DNA of 64,000 nt from Neoechinorhynchus agilis (taxonomy: Eukaryota; Animalia; Acanthocephala): contig CM121343.1 of the NCBI GenBank assembly GCA_051530055.1, positions 962,389 to 1,026,388 on the forward strand, given 5' to 3'. Below, one piece after another: positions 45,170 through 58,269 of this stretch. The position numbers and the translations under genes were made by a program. Each line of letters starts with the position of its first letter. Within the stretch, counting starts at the first letter, position 1. The notes beneath the pieces are model-generated. The model was not told where the DNA came from, did no database searches, and was given only the letters and a program-made list of their open reading frames with translations.

Positions 45170-48100
45170 ATGTTTACTTGCATTCTGCAATATGAAACAG
45201 CATTTAGGAAGCCATCGGATAGCTGAGCGATTGACTCTTTTGACTAATCGGGCCAAAGGTGTTCTTGTAAGACTTTACAACATAAGGAAGGTGATGAGCT
45301 TTAAACCTTTTCATCGATTTAATATCAATCAATTTTTAGGCATGCGTTGATACTAAATCGAAGCCTTGGTTCCTGACAGATAAAAAGTATGAGGCTGCGC
45401 TAAAGCACATAAATAAGAAATATCCATTATTGGAACGGGTAAATTCTCGGGATTTTTATTTCCTTAAAGTATTGAGTATTCAGGGGGCAATGAAAGACGT
45501 AAGCGAACTACGCGAAGAAATCGTGAAATGCTTATCGACTTATTATCTTACGATGGTTGATGTGGTCGAGCTTAAAGTATTCTTTATCCTGGTTATCTTT
45601 CAATTTTTAACTCTTGATGAACAGGAAAATATTCTCGATTTATTAGCCACAATCGATGCTTGCACAATCAAATTCGATATTGTGAGTCTATAAACGTACT
45701 GAGCAGCTGCATTGTTTTTGCTCTTGAAGATTTGCCGGATTATCAGTCCCTGAAATTTGCCGAGTCTGGAATGCGAAATTCAATATTTTTTGAAGCATAG
45801 AAAAATTCAGCTCTTTAATACTACGTCCGTCCGATTCCATGATCTTCAATAGTGAATTCATTCTTGAAATTACACTGCTGTAGTCTTTCGATTTCCTATA
45901 ATTTGTAACTCAAAATTTTTATTAAAAGTATTTTGTTCACCAAGGTAAAAGAGAATCCCACATACTGCTACTTTATTAAATCCAAGGACATGCCCTTGAA
46001 ATTTATTTAAATCGTAGACAACTTTCGCTTTTGAAATATTGAACCTTTTTGCAAAGATGTCAGTGAAGATCTTGCCCCTATGCCGTTGAGTGTCCCTTTT
46101 TAACTTGCATTTTTCATACGGCTCATAGTAGAAACGATTACACGCTTTTGACAATGGAGCGAAATTTCTGCACGTATTCTATTTGCAAATATTTTCTACT
46201 TTGTCGATTGATCACATCACGATGGATTGTTGATATTTCCAAACTTGAAATCTCCTCGACCTTTGTATTTACACTGTGATGAATTGGATAATAGTGTACA
46301 CTTTTTCAAGTTTAGAGTATCTACGAGTATGGAAGGACGATTCACTTAGAACGGAATATGCTGAAAAATCAAATACGAGAATCGGCGAAATATATCGTGA
46401 TGTTTTCTTTATTCGTGCTTGTTTCAATCATGACTAAAAAAGATTTTTAGGCATACACAACTAAAGAAAATTCGTTCAATGAAGCTTTAGGTCTCACATT
46501 TCTAATTTTAGTTTAGACCCCAAATACTCGATCTTCCAGCCGTACGTGATTAAACTTTGCTTTCGAAAACGGGCATTTCAGAGGGCTGTTGTAATGATAA
46601 AAAGAGAAATATTTATTTCTGAGCACTTTCGCCGTTTTACGGCGGTTAGAGTATAAAATTAGAGATTTAGGCAATGTAACGGAGAGAATTATTTAGAAGT
46701 CTTCACCCGATACATAATTTTTTATTTAAAACGTTTTGCGGCATCAATTTTAAAATAAAAGTTATGAACTAGTTATTGATGATGAACGCGACGATGTTCA
46801 CAGAACGTCTTTAATAAACTCTTTACCGGGTAAAGACTTTAAATAATTCTCTAATCACCACATATCGACAATGCGATGGACTAGACAAAGCTCTAGTATT
46901 GCTCTACAAACGGTACGAACTTTCTACACTTCAATGTCGCTACTCTAACCTAAATTTCAAATCTCCAGACTCCGTTGGGTAGATTCATGAGATTAAGCCG
47001 TAAGACATCGAAAGCACTCGTAAATAAAGATTTCTCGTTTCATCATTGCAACAGCCTTCTGAAGTGTCCGTTTTCGAAAACAAAACTTAATTTAGACATT
47101 AAATTGCGATCAAATATTTTCTATCATATCTCAAAGATGATTTTTATGTTTAAAAGTTCTAGGTTGAAGATTAAATGTTGGAATTTGGCTTATAATATCT
47201 TAAAGGGGTTTTACCCTTAACCAGCTTGCGGCTTTTGATGCCTTACAAATTTTATTATGCCCAAATATCTACAGTTTTATTTGAACGCGAATACTTGGAA
47301 ATAGACATTGCAGCGATGCTTTTACGAGATAAGATTTAACGACTGCTTTTAATAGCAAACCTGTACAAGCCTGACGACAATGTACCTCGATGTGATAAGT
47401 TCATTGATTTGTGTATTTATATTGCTTTCATACATAAGCGATCGAAAAATCGTCACTGGGCTTTACAGTGTTGCAATCACATCACCGTCTGAAAAGTATG
47501 CTTTACTCAATTGCAAGAATCTCATTCGTTTGTTTAAAACCAGAGTTACCTTTGGAAGACTTAGTCAGATGATTGCGGATTATGAGCAACCGGTCATTCA
47601 GTTGAGTTCGGATTTCGGTTCACATTCATCTACTGTGAGACAAGTTATTATGTCTCTGCTTAAAGTACTTCATTGTGGACGTCACGATAGATTCAGTTGC
47701 CGGCTATTGACTGAATACAAAATTCATAGATGGATATTTCGTTAGTTTATCACAAAATTGTGTCTATGTGTCCCATTAATATTCTCTTTTAGTGTGTTCA
47801 ATAGCTTGTCCGTCAGTAGCTCAGGATGAAAGCATAAAAGAGGCTCTAGTTTTGATCTCGAAGACAAATTCAAGTTTTCTTTTATGCCGCGACATGAGCT
47901 TCAATTTAAATGAGCTGTTCAATAGCACAACTGCTAAATGGTAAGTCATTGATTATTTGATCTGAAAATGCCTAAATTCCAACAAGGGCATCAAAGACCT
48001 TTAATGAATGGTACGACGCAACAAATTGCAAACGTAATCGAAAATTGAAAGATTTGTGAGTAAATCACTTCAAGTCCTTTTTTATGTTGCTTTGAAAAAC

Positions 48101-51100
48101 ATAGAGTCGAATATCACGAGCAATGTATACAACAGAATTGTAGAAGTCTCTCAAGGGTTTACTATCGCTTAATCGATGGTAATTTTGCTACGGCTGATGA
48201 TTGCCTTGTAGCACTCAAGCGCATGTCGGACTGTCTTAAATGGCGGGCCGTTCATGGTTTCATCGAACAACTGTTGCCGTTGTCTAATATGTTGGCCCTT
48301 TTAAAAAAGCAGCCATCAAAAGGCCTAATTCTGAACCATACTCCACAAATGCGAATACCTTCTTAAAATGCGTAGATCATAGTTCATCGAAGCGCCCTTT
48401 TCTTATACCAATGATGGTTGCTGATGTAAATGACACGGTCAAACTTTTAAAAAAATACTACAATGAAATATCGATAATATTCGATCGTTTAATCAAAGCA
48501 GAATGCACACATTTCAACGACGATGTTATAGCTAAACCATTGATTATCTTACTCTTAAATGGTTCCAATTTGCAGGACATTGAGCTTGATTGGTTACGAA
48601 TCCAGGTAAAAATTACTACTTTGCAATCTTCTAGACCTCATCGATCTCGTAGGTGTTGATATCATCCAAAAGTTTATCTAACTATCAACAAATCAACTAT
48701 GGTCGACTTGGCGATGCTATTGGTTGGTATCGCCTTATTCATCCCGATTTTGATCCATGTTGCTACCTTGACCTCGCTCCTCTTGTGTAAGTATACCAAA
48801 ATCACGTACTTAACTGATTTCCTACCGATTAAGATTTAATTTGCGGTCGTTTGAACAAATTTATGACCAGGAACTAGCAGACGCCAAATCCTGTAATCTA
48901 CATGCCTACGTGATTACTGTTTCACATTCCGTGCAGCAAGCATTTCACCATTTCTGCCACGAAGAAGTTAGTCTTATAATAATGTATTAGGTGCCTCTTT
49001 TCGTAGCGAAAATGAATAAAACTCAAAATGAAACTAAATAGTCATCGAGTATCTAAAATTATTTGCGTCCTAACTAAAAACTTCGGACTTTTCGGCCCGA
49101 TGTTCTTAGATTTTTGTTTAATCGAGAATTGATCATATTAGTTTGCCCATTAAGATGATTTCCCTACACATCTAAATTGGAAATAGTAAATTTATTCTAG
49201 TTGCCAAAATCAAACTAACGTGTTGACCACTTTCTACCTTATATACATCTTCCACTTTAGACATTGCAGCTGAATAATTTATGTTTCAGGCTTCAACAGA
49301 GATTTTTAATTGCTTTTGTGAAGGCAATAAATAACGCGACGATACAAACCGATAAGGTAAACTTACTCTTTTCCTGAATTTTTGCTTATATGAAGACCCC
49401 ATGAAGGCAAGAACACATACGATGGTTGTTTTATAGGTTTGGCGATTATTTTAAAATAACACTTCAGTGCGGCTCAGCCTATCTCAATGCACTTTTTCAT
49501 TCGATAAGTCCAACGATCAAAACAGTGACGAAAGTATAGTTTCAGAAATGAGGCTGTTCCTGTTTTCAAAATCAATTCCTTACAGCTCCTTTTTTCACTA
49601 CGGGAAAAAGTCACAAGCAAAATTTAAAATTATACACCAAGAAGAACTCGATTTTTATTGGGAATACATTCATTTACAGATAGAAAGCTAATTTATGAAA
49701 AATTAAAAACTTTTGGTTCACCATTCAAAGCGTATAAATACTGGTTTTTTGGCGGAGTGAATCAACTTTTTTTCAAATCAGTAAATGCGATTTTTTAGGT
49801 TAATTATGCTCTTATTCACAGCTACAATGGATCTATTTATCGATTTATGCGAGATCCAGAATATCAAAAAACCTGCATCCCGGACTTTATACTAGGACAA
49901 CTACGAGCACGATGCCTCAAACGTTTAGCTTCAGTTACATTTCAAACATCATTGCTGCCTCCATTTTATCTTCACTTTGTATACCATGGACTTATAACAT
50001 CACTCTCAAGCCTTCAATGTTTGTATACCGGTTCAAGACAAAATAAAGTCGTTTTAGTAAACGAACAAACCTTCTTAAAACTGTGCAAGGGCGTATTCTC
50101 TTCTTCATCCCGAGTCATTCCCACGTTGATTGAGCTATATTCCAATTGGTTAGTGTAATTTTTTATTGCTTATATTAAATGCCTACACCAGGTACACTGA
50201 TCGATTTTTGAATCTATGTGCAGCCGGAAAGGTCTTATACGTCCCAAGTGTACAAGTTTTTAGGTCTATTGGTCACGGTGACAGAATCGATGCTGAATTG
50301 TTTACTGGAGTAAATAGTTTGTTGCGCCCTATAAGCAATTTGAACCCTCAAATCCTGTAAAAAGATCTAAAGTTTTTGGCATATTGCATCGGAGTTGATG
50401 GATTATGGAAGATTGCCCAATCTCTTGAAAACATTCTTTTGCGCGAGGCACATCTTGTCAAGGTATATTCGTGGTCCTTCTCTTACCTAAAAAAGTCCTG
50501 CATTGCACTAAATAGGAATTACGGTTAGATATTGACGTAAAGGAAGCAAGTTAGCTTAATTTGGATATTAGTTAAGCCCTTTGATGATTTTAGGGCGGAT
50601 CTGTGAACGGCTATTGATTATAGGATCGATCACAATACTACTCGATCAAATCCAAGCTGCGATTAGTGCGGTTGTTTCAATTTATACGTTTAATACAATT
50701 ATCGGCACAATTTTATTTTAGACACTAATCGAGAGCTCATGTCACTATTATCCGCCTGATCAAAGATACGTCATCAAGAAGACGACCGGGCAAAGCTCCA
50801 GCAGTCAAAATTTGACAATAATAAGTGCGTTGACATTTGCATGGTGCCGAGCGCGGTCAGAGGCCCTTGGACAATTTTCTAATGCTATGATGTCAAGTGC
50901 ATATTGTCTGTCCCGTGCTGTATCTTTCCTAACGAATGACAATTCCGATTCCATGGATAGACTCTTTGAAGTTGGTTAATGACTCTTGCATCCACATGAC
51001 TTACCCAAATTTATTATTAGCTGATGACTTTAGTAGCGCTAAATCATTCCTGTGGTCGACGACTTTGTGAACATCGAATGTTAATGCTCGTATCGGATAT

Positions 51101-51179
51101 TGCGCCCAAAAATGTTATTGGTATAACGCCTCTTGGATTGATTCGAAAGTTGGATTTTCTACGACAGGACATAAGTTAG
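45170..51179 (+). CDS. NCKAP1: Nck-associated protein 1 / Hem family (WAVE complex), multi-exon; 3' end approximate
   Basis: LAERLTLLTNRAKGVLVRLYNIRK|ACVDTKSKPWFLTDK, ENILDLLATIDACTIKFDI, YLDVI...LLSYISDRKIVTGLY and FGRLSQMIADYEQP match NCKAP1 ([40 protein letters not shown]); last exon tentatively ...IRKLDFLRQDIS*. Confidence 0.88.
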
Positions 51180-51506
51180 TGCCATAAATGTGCAAATGGA
51201 TCGTGTGCGGTAAGACAGGTAGCATACAGATTCTTTATGTAAGCACGGAGCTTTCTCAATGCGAATTTGAACAAACGCGATGTAATCCTTAACAAGTAGG
51301 CAACGCATTTGAAAATTAGAAATTTTCTCTATTTCATTACAGTTCTTGGCACCTAAGGAAATTTAAGACCTGAATTTTATTAGCTTAATTCTGCTGTGGT
51401 TCATCAATGTCCTGAAATTAATGTTGTGAAATACTACCCCAAGTTTTTTTAAATTGACACAAGGAAAATCTTTATTTTCAAGCTTCAGGAATTGGTAACT
51501 TACAAG

Positions 51507-51547
51507 CAATTCCTGAAGAAGCTGAAAGACGGCGAAAGCTTGGAAAT
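51507..51547 (+). ncRNA. Third copy of the minimal Penelope-type hammerhead, not attached to an RT
   Basis: TTC-CTGAAGA-A-GCTG-AAAGA-CGGC-GAAA-GCT-T-GGA; the two stem substitutions relative to 23727-23775 become G-U pairs. Confidence 0.6.
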
Positions 51548-51599
51548 AAAGATTATCTTTATCATTACAAAAGCTCTCTGAACTGTCCATTTTCCGAAA

Positions 51600-51740
51600 A
51601 CATAACTTGGATCTGAGATTACACAAGGATGATCTGTCGCGTTTATAATAACACGTTTTATTGTTCGAAGTATAGGACCCATGTACCTGTGGTTCCTCGT
51701 GAACACTCGAGTGGATAACGGTTTCGGTATAGTGGGAAAG
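51600..51740 (-). mobile_element. Short 3' tail of the L2/Crack-type LINE family
   Basis: Stem-loop GGAACCA-CAGGTACA-TGGGTCC at 51675-51696 (minus) followed by aataaaacgtgttatta, as in the other copies. Confidence 0.5.
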
Positions 51741-52125
51741 TTAATGGTCATTGGTGTACTGTAATTTCTCAAATGTTTTAACGAATAGCGCACATATTCA
51801 GTAAAATTTTCTGATATGAGAAGACCGAACTTTACTGATTTCGAATTCTGGCACCGCGTTGGTCTTTTTGCTAGAAAGCATAAATTTTGACCATACGAGC
51901 ACTGGAAAAAAGAGATATTCTCGTGCTTTGGAAGAAGATAAACCTATGAGTAATTTAGTTGTTGCTTTACCTTGGCAATCACGGAAATACTCTAAAAGTG
52001 GAAGGGTGGTTCTTTTCGAGTGTCAAAGTATTGTGCAAACCACAAATTGATAAACCATTTTACAGCACGCCTTATTTCGAACCAAAAGTCACTTAAAAAC
52101 ATTAACCTAGGATAATAAATTGGGA

Positions 52126-55100
52126 TTTTCTAGGTTTTACAATAATAAGGCACAAAACGTGCAATCACCACCGTCCGCAAAATTGGAGCTTCTCTCTTTC
52201 CTCGGCTGTCGTTATCACGCTAGTAGTACTGCATCGTTGTACTGCGAGCGAGATATTTTGTCGCAGAAATACACCTGCTCGTGCGTCGCCGGTCGTTTCT
52301 CCCACCCAAGGCTCCATACGTTTCCACGGCAAAAGGGACGAAATGGTAATTCCTTAGGAGCTCTATATTTTGAACGCTTTCGTTCCTCCGCTACGTGTCC
52401 TCGTGGTAAATTTGATTGTACTTTGGCGAATCCTGTCTCATTTATTTCAGAAATTTTTTTCAGTTTTAAACTTTTATTTGTAGAACATAATAAAGTACAA
52501 AACGTGCAATCACCACCGTCCTCAAAATTGGAGCTTCTCTCTTTCCTCGGCTGTCGTTATCACGCTAGCAGCATTGCCTCGTTGTACTGCGAGCGAGATA
52601 TTTTGTCGCAGAAATACACCTGCTCGTGCGTCGCCGGTCGTTTCTCCCACCCAAGGCTCCATACGTTTCCACGGCAAAAGGGACGAAATGGTAATTCCTT
52701 AGGAGCTCTATATTTTGAACGCTTTCGTTCCTCCGCTACGTGTCCTCGTGGAAAATTTGATTGTACTTTGGCGAATCCTGTCTCATTTATTTCAGAAATT
52801 TTTTTCAGTTTTAAACTTTTATTTGTAGAACATAATAAAGTACAAAACGTGCAATCACCACCGTCCTCAAAATTGGAGCTTCTCTCTTTCCTCGGCTGTC
52901 GTTATCACGCTAGCAGCATTGCCTCGTTGTACTGCGAGCGAGATATTTTGTCGCAGAAATACACCTGCTCGTGCGTCGCCGGTCGTTTCTCAATTTCTTC
53001 TAAAGATCCTGGAGCAGAGTGCCGAGCTGCCAAGCGCTCCATACGTCTCTACTCCGAAGGGAACAAAATAGTGGGCCCTTGCTAATTCTCTATATTTTCG
53101 TACCTTCTTCCCTTCTGCTGCACTGGCTACACCTCCAGCGATTTCGAACGAGTAGGGAATGTTGCTTACTGCGAGGGTGTCCACACACGTGGCGTCCCAG
53201 AAAAGGCATTTGCCATCCCACCACGGAAAGACCGAAATTCCGTCAGGTCGACGACCGTCTAGTCGACAAAGATGGACGGGTTCCAGGATGCTTGGGAAGT
53301 TCGCCGTTCTCAACGCCCGAGAAATTACGCTGTTGTCGCGAGAACCTGAAAGTAGAGAGCTGTGAGTTCTCGCGGCGAAAGGCCTTTCCCAGATCGACTG
53401 TCTAAGGCCATTCACTGGAACATGGTTAGCGCCTGTCTGCTGGCACCATTCTTCAACTGCCACCACAAAGTCTTGGTCAAGATAAAACTTTTCCTCCAGA
53501 ATTTTCTTCACTATTGGTTGACTCCCCTGATACGATCCAAGAAAGGCTGGGAAGGCAAGGTCTACTAGCGGGCGAATGCCTATTCTCCCAGATGACATAG
53601 GCAATGAAGCTTGTCGCCACTCCTCATCTGAGAGCTGGATATTTAAAATACGCTTGAGACAAGACCTTGTCGTCGAGCTTAGCCAATCCTTCCTTATGTT
53701 TGAAGAATGTTGCTTTGGGGATACCGAGTGCGTTCTTTATTAGAAATAACGCTTCGTGAGCCTAGGGCCGCTCACCCTATCGCACAGCAACGAAAGTTTC
53801 GGTATGATACGGCCGATCTCAGCTTCCACATGTGAATCAAAGACGCAACTTTGCTCTGGAATCACGAGTTATGGACCTCGAACCCATACATTAGCTCCTT
53901 GACTTTGGCGGCGTCTTCGATATTTAATACTAGAAAACTCACACTTTCCAGCATTAAGCTCAACGCCCAATCTCGTAGTCTCCATAATTAGTGTCTCCAG
54001 ATCGCGCAGTAGAACGGAGCTATCACCTTCGAGCGTAGCGTCATCCAAGTACCAAGCGTTGAAGCTGGAATGGAGAGAGTGCGCTATTGGATTTACTGTT
54101 AGGGAGAATGCGATTGGACCGAGAGGATCTCCTTTCTGCGCTCCTCTTTCGGACCAATTGAGGTGGTTTTCGAAAAGCAAAGAAGTCGCGGTCCCGTAGG
54201 CATTGAGAAAATACTGGAAGGCTTCTGGCCCGTGATCCCGAATTGCGCGGAACATGCTTTCTCCATTGAGAGAGTTAAAGGCGTTCTGAAAATCACACTT
54301 AAGAATCACGCACTTCCGCCCCGCAGGATGTGCAGCAGCCCAGTTAGACTGGGCGAAGTTTCTGCCCGGTTTTCTCTGTGATACGTTTACAGAGAATTTT
54401 CCTTGCAAGTCGCCGTATCGTCGAAGATACGGCGATTGGACGAATCCTGCCTTTTTTTGTGAGGGCACATAATGCTTCGAAAAATAGGTCTTTTGCAACG
54501 GGATTCCGTTCCCCTCCAGTCAGTCGCTCGGCTAACCGAGAAAGCGCACTTTCTAGAGAGAGCTGCTTCACCAATTGTAAAGGACATTATGTCCTTTAGG
54601 TGCTAAGGCCTTAGCGCGTCAAGCCCATGACCCGAACCACTTGCAAAAGATGAGATGGCATTTTTTAACTCTAAAATTTGAGTGGGTGCCCTATTTCGTA
54701 TGGGAGGAGGTATAATTTCAAAACTGTCACTACTGCATGGGTGTTTTGACCGGAGTATTTGTAGCGTCTCGCTGTCTCCTTTTGCGAAACTGTCGGAGGA
54801 TAACAATAACCGAACGGCCCCGCGAACATCTCCGTCCGCTAGCTTGGAAGAAACACGTTCAGTCAGTGATCGCTTTGAAAAACGGCAACAAAACCCTCCC
54901 TTCGTACGTCCATTACGAACCTCGCGAAATTTCATTTCGAAATTGTTAAATATTTGTTCGAAGGAGACCACCCTTTCTTTGATTGTTGATGTCAAAGACA
55001 CCCCAGAATCATCACTGGTTCAAAGGACTAAGCGCGGGAATGCGAAGAGCCGTGCCCATGATGGCGTACAGTTCTTTTGGAGGCAATGGTTGCGCAATCC

Positions 55101-55594
55101 CGCAAATGCTATGGCGACTTGATGTCGTGCGCCCTTTGGGATCCGTTTCAGGACGTTCCTGGGCAGAACACGCACGATATCTGGTGTCGAAATAGAGTCA
55201 GTGGTGATCTGAGAGGTCCCAGGCATAAATAGATCGGTTGATTGTGGTGGAGAACCAGACCTGCTACAGCGGAGATCCCGGGGACCATGGGCAAACAAAA
55301 ACCCCAAATTGGTCAATTTAAAAGACTTGCCGACAATCGAATACACACCAGTAGAGACGCGTGAGAGCCCGGTAGCGTTGGTCTTCGCAGGTCGAGCGCG
55401 ATCGATAAGTGGCGTGTTCAAGGTGTCTGCGTGAGTGATTTGAGGAACAGAATTTCGGCTTGGTGTCCCGATAGCGTTGGGCGTTTCCTCGGTCTTTTCA
55501 CTTGGCTCATTTTGGGCGGGCAAGTTTCCGTCTTCATATTGTTGTCTAACATCCAAGTTCCGAGCGAAGCGAGGAGACGGCATCGGTGTCGGTG
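52126..55594 (-). mobile_element. Near full-length decayed CRE-clade retrotransposon with triplicated 3' end (345-bp period)
   Basis: LKRIPKGAR N-terminus; GRIRPIAV, ILKCDFQNAFNSL, GAQKGDPLGP, WYLDDATL RT motifs; RRPDG..WDATCVDT RLE; tail gcaatcaccacc recurs at 52161, 52506, 52851. Confidence 0.9.
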
Positions 55595-55774
55595 GTGGGA
55601 GAAACGACCGGCGACGCACGAGCAGGTGTATTCCTGCGACAAAATATCTTGCTTGCAGTACAACGATGCAGTACTACTAGCGTGATAGCTACAGCCGAGG
55701 AAGGAGAGAAACTCCAATTTTGCGGACGGTGGTGATTGCACGCTTTGTGCTTTATTATTGTAAAACCTAGAAAA
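55595..55774 (+). mobile_element. CRE 3' tail in opposite orientation, fused to the 5' end of the element
   Basis: RETTGDARAGVFLRQNILLAVQRCSTTSVIATAEEGEKLQFCGRW*; reverse complement of 52126-52306. Confidence 0.85.
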
Positions 55775-56154
55775 GTTAAAAAAGAACAGGTTTATACTAA
55801 TTGGGATTCAGCTAAAGAATCATTGCAAAGATTGGATCCCTATAATCGTAGATAATTCATTGCAGTTTAGACGCGTCTGTGGGTTATTTGGTAAATTCAA
55901 AAACTTAGGTGATTTACTTTGCGTTGGCATAGCTATATCGTGAGAGATCAATTAGATTTGTGGTAAACGTTAAAAATATCACATGAATTCGTATATGTCT
56001 ATTAATTTTTTGCGATAATTAAATTTAAAATGAATACAGAATTCAAAATGGCTTCTGTGGACGATTGCATCAGCGATCAACATCGTTTCATACTGTTTGG
56101 GAACTATGGTCACTTAAGGTTGATGGAAAATAATCCTTGGATGAAATATTTGTT

Positions 56155-57530
56155 TTATTTTTCTCCCATCAAGTTCATAACCATTTCGATTTCCTTACTT
56201 TTATACTTAAGAGAATCATATCGACGTCTTACTTCACCATTTTTGAACGTTAGTCTAGAAAGTCCTTCAAGCACGTTGGATACAAAATGATGAGATCTTT
56301 TGACAAACTCCATATCTCCCGCCAAGGCAGCACTGATGGTGAGCAATCGAATCCGCGAACAAGTTGACATTAGTGCCATAAAATACGTGTCGAGATCAAT
56401 GCTGATTTCTGAAATATCTCGATCACCTAAGGATATCATTGAAATTTCTCGACAATAATGAATTTGTAATCGCACCAAAAAGTAATTTTTGAACACCATT
56501 ATAGCTATATAGCTTATCATATTTAAGAAAGCAGAAACTCAGGATTACTTCGCTAACTGAACGTAGTTGACCAGCGAATATGTTGTAGTGCCTAGAAGAT
56601 TTGAAACGGTAATAAGATTCAGTCGAAATGGGCACATAGCATTGAAAGCATATTTTATTGAAATACTTCGCGAGGAAGTCAAATAGCGATCTCGCGTACC
56701 CGGGCCCCACCATAGAACTAAATTCCATTTTGACGATTAACGACGCCTCCTAACGAAATATCTCGATTTTAACAAAATATGTTTTATCCCGCCCGAAAGA
56801 TTTCCTCTTAATGATTACTTGAAGTACACAATTAATTGAAATATTTCGCGAGGAAGTCGAATAGCGATCTCGCGTACTCTAGCCACGCAAAACAACTAAA
56901 ATCTTTTTAGACGATTAACGACGCCTCCTAACGAAGTATCTCGATCTAATAAAATATGTTTTATCCCGCCCGAAAGATTTCCTCTTAATGATTACTTGAA
57001 GTTCACATTTTATTGAAATATTTCGCGAGGAAGTCGAATAGCAATCTCGCGAACTCGAGCCACACAAAACAACTAAAATCTTTTTAGACGATTAACGAAG
57101 CCTCCTCGCGAAATATCTCAGTAAAATATATTTTATCAGGGGTCACTCTAAGGATTTTCTCTTAATGATTACTTGAAAAATTGTTCATTTGGTGCTACGT
57201 CGATAATAGAGGATAAGTATTGTTTAAGATCGCCTATACCGCTTTCCATCAACGATGTGTACTCTGGAAAAGAAAGATTGTTATTTGAAGAAGGGAAGCT
57301 TTTTGAATCTACCTTCTATCCGTGAATGATCCGCTTGGCATAATACGAGCTCAATTGTTAACTTGTCGTTTTGCTTTCTCAACTCGTAAGTAGCTTGCTT
57401 GATCTTCTTTACAGAAAAATTACGACAAAAACAGTGGACAGAAAATCTATACTTTTTGATCTTTATTCTCTTGTTCGATAGTATCCAGAGTATTGTGGTA
57501 CAAGCTTCTTATTGTTTCAAATACTTCCAT
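56155..57530 (-). CDS. TSN: Translin, 5 exons
   Basis: Spliced: MEVFETIRSLY...EQENKDQK|KIKQATYEL...|EYTSLMESGIGDLKQYL...APNEQFFK|HYNIF...FLKYDKL..NGVQKLLF|GDRDISEISIDLDTYFMAL...AGD...LTFKNGEVRRRYDSLKYKSKEIE, matching translin PAEQYYR, FHLDVEDYL, VTAGD and LNLKNDSLRKRYDGLKYDVKKVE. Confidence 0.85.
56645..57177. repeat. ~3 monomers of the 180-bp satellite inside translin intron 3, inverted relative to 61495-63345
   Basis: Reverse complement matches cgcgagatcgctattcgacttcctcgcgaaatatttcaataaaat...; ~181-bp period. Confidence 0.9.
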
Positions 57531-58269
57531 CTGAAGCTAAATTGCGCTTTTTAAATCTCTTGAATATTAGGCAGATGGACCTCAAACCCAAAATTTTCGC
57601 GCTGCTCTGTATGAATGTCGTCTTAGCGGCAAAAGTCAATTCACCTTTTTATGCGGGAATCTAGTTTCCTCATGGAGTTTGCTGTCTTGGAATCACGCTG
57701 TTTCCTTTTAATTGGAGAACGTAAAGGCGTTCAACGAGGTCGAAGAAAGTAGTGCAGTAGGGTTTTTAAAAGTAAATATCTAACTGCTTGTTTTTTTCTT
57801 CGCGTTCTCTAGTTTGGCTCCAAAAGATACAATTACTAATGAAAAATTATGCGCATTTTTCGTATTGAAGGATTCAAGATTGGAAATTTTCGTAGGGCTA
57901 CGAACAATTTCGCAAGCAACTATAAGAACATTTCTTTACGCCGGTTGACTATTTCATAATGGGTTTTGGTGAGATGGTATTTGATATTTCGGCACAATAT
58001 TGTGCCTTTATCAAGGTTGATGGATTATCGACTGATTTCTCAACCATGTGTTATTTTAGTGATCATTCTTATTTAAGCAAATTAAGCGATTGAAAACAAA
58101 TGCTTATTTTTGATACCGATATTTCGGAGTTTTACACCTTCAGGATCCTAAAAGAACGCACGATTGCTATTAAGTTTTTCGTATTCACATTTGAAAAAAC
58201 TTACTAGCAATCGCGTGTTTTTTCAGGACCCTGAAGAAGGTTTGCTTAAGGATAATCTTTATCAAGGTT

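Noticed and set aside
45870-46340. Possible LINE RT remnant in a long NCKAP1 intron (KIFANRIRAEI)
   Set aside because: Only one weak motif; too decayed to support.
51363-51626. Minus-strand ORF resembling the NCKAP1 C-terminus (AVFQLLQELLVSYQFL...FP), suggesting an inverted last exon
   Set aside because: The sequence is explained by the hammerhead and its inverted arm; a plausible plus-strand last exon ends at 51179.
52120-53085. 321-aa ORF with internal repeats
   Set aside because: Antisense reading of the triplicated CRE tail; the 345-bp period keeps it in frame by chance.
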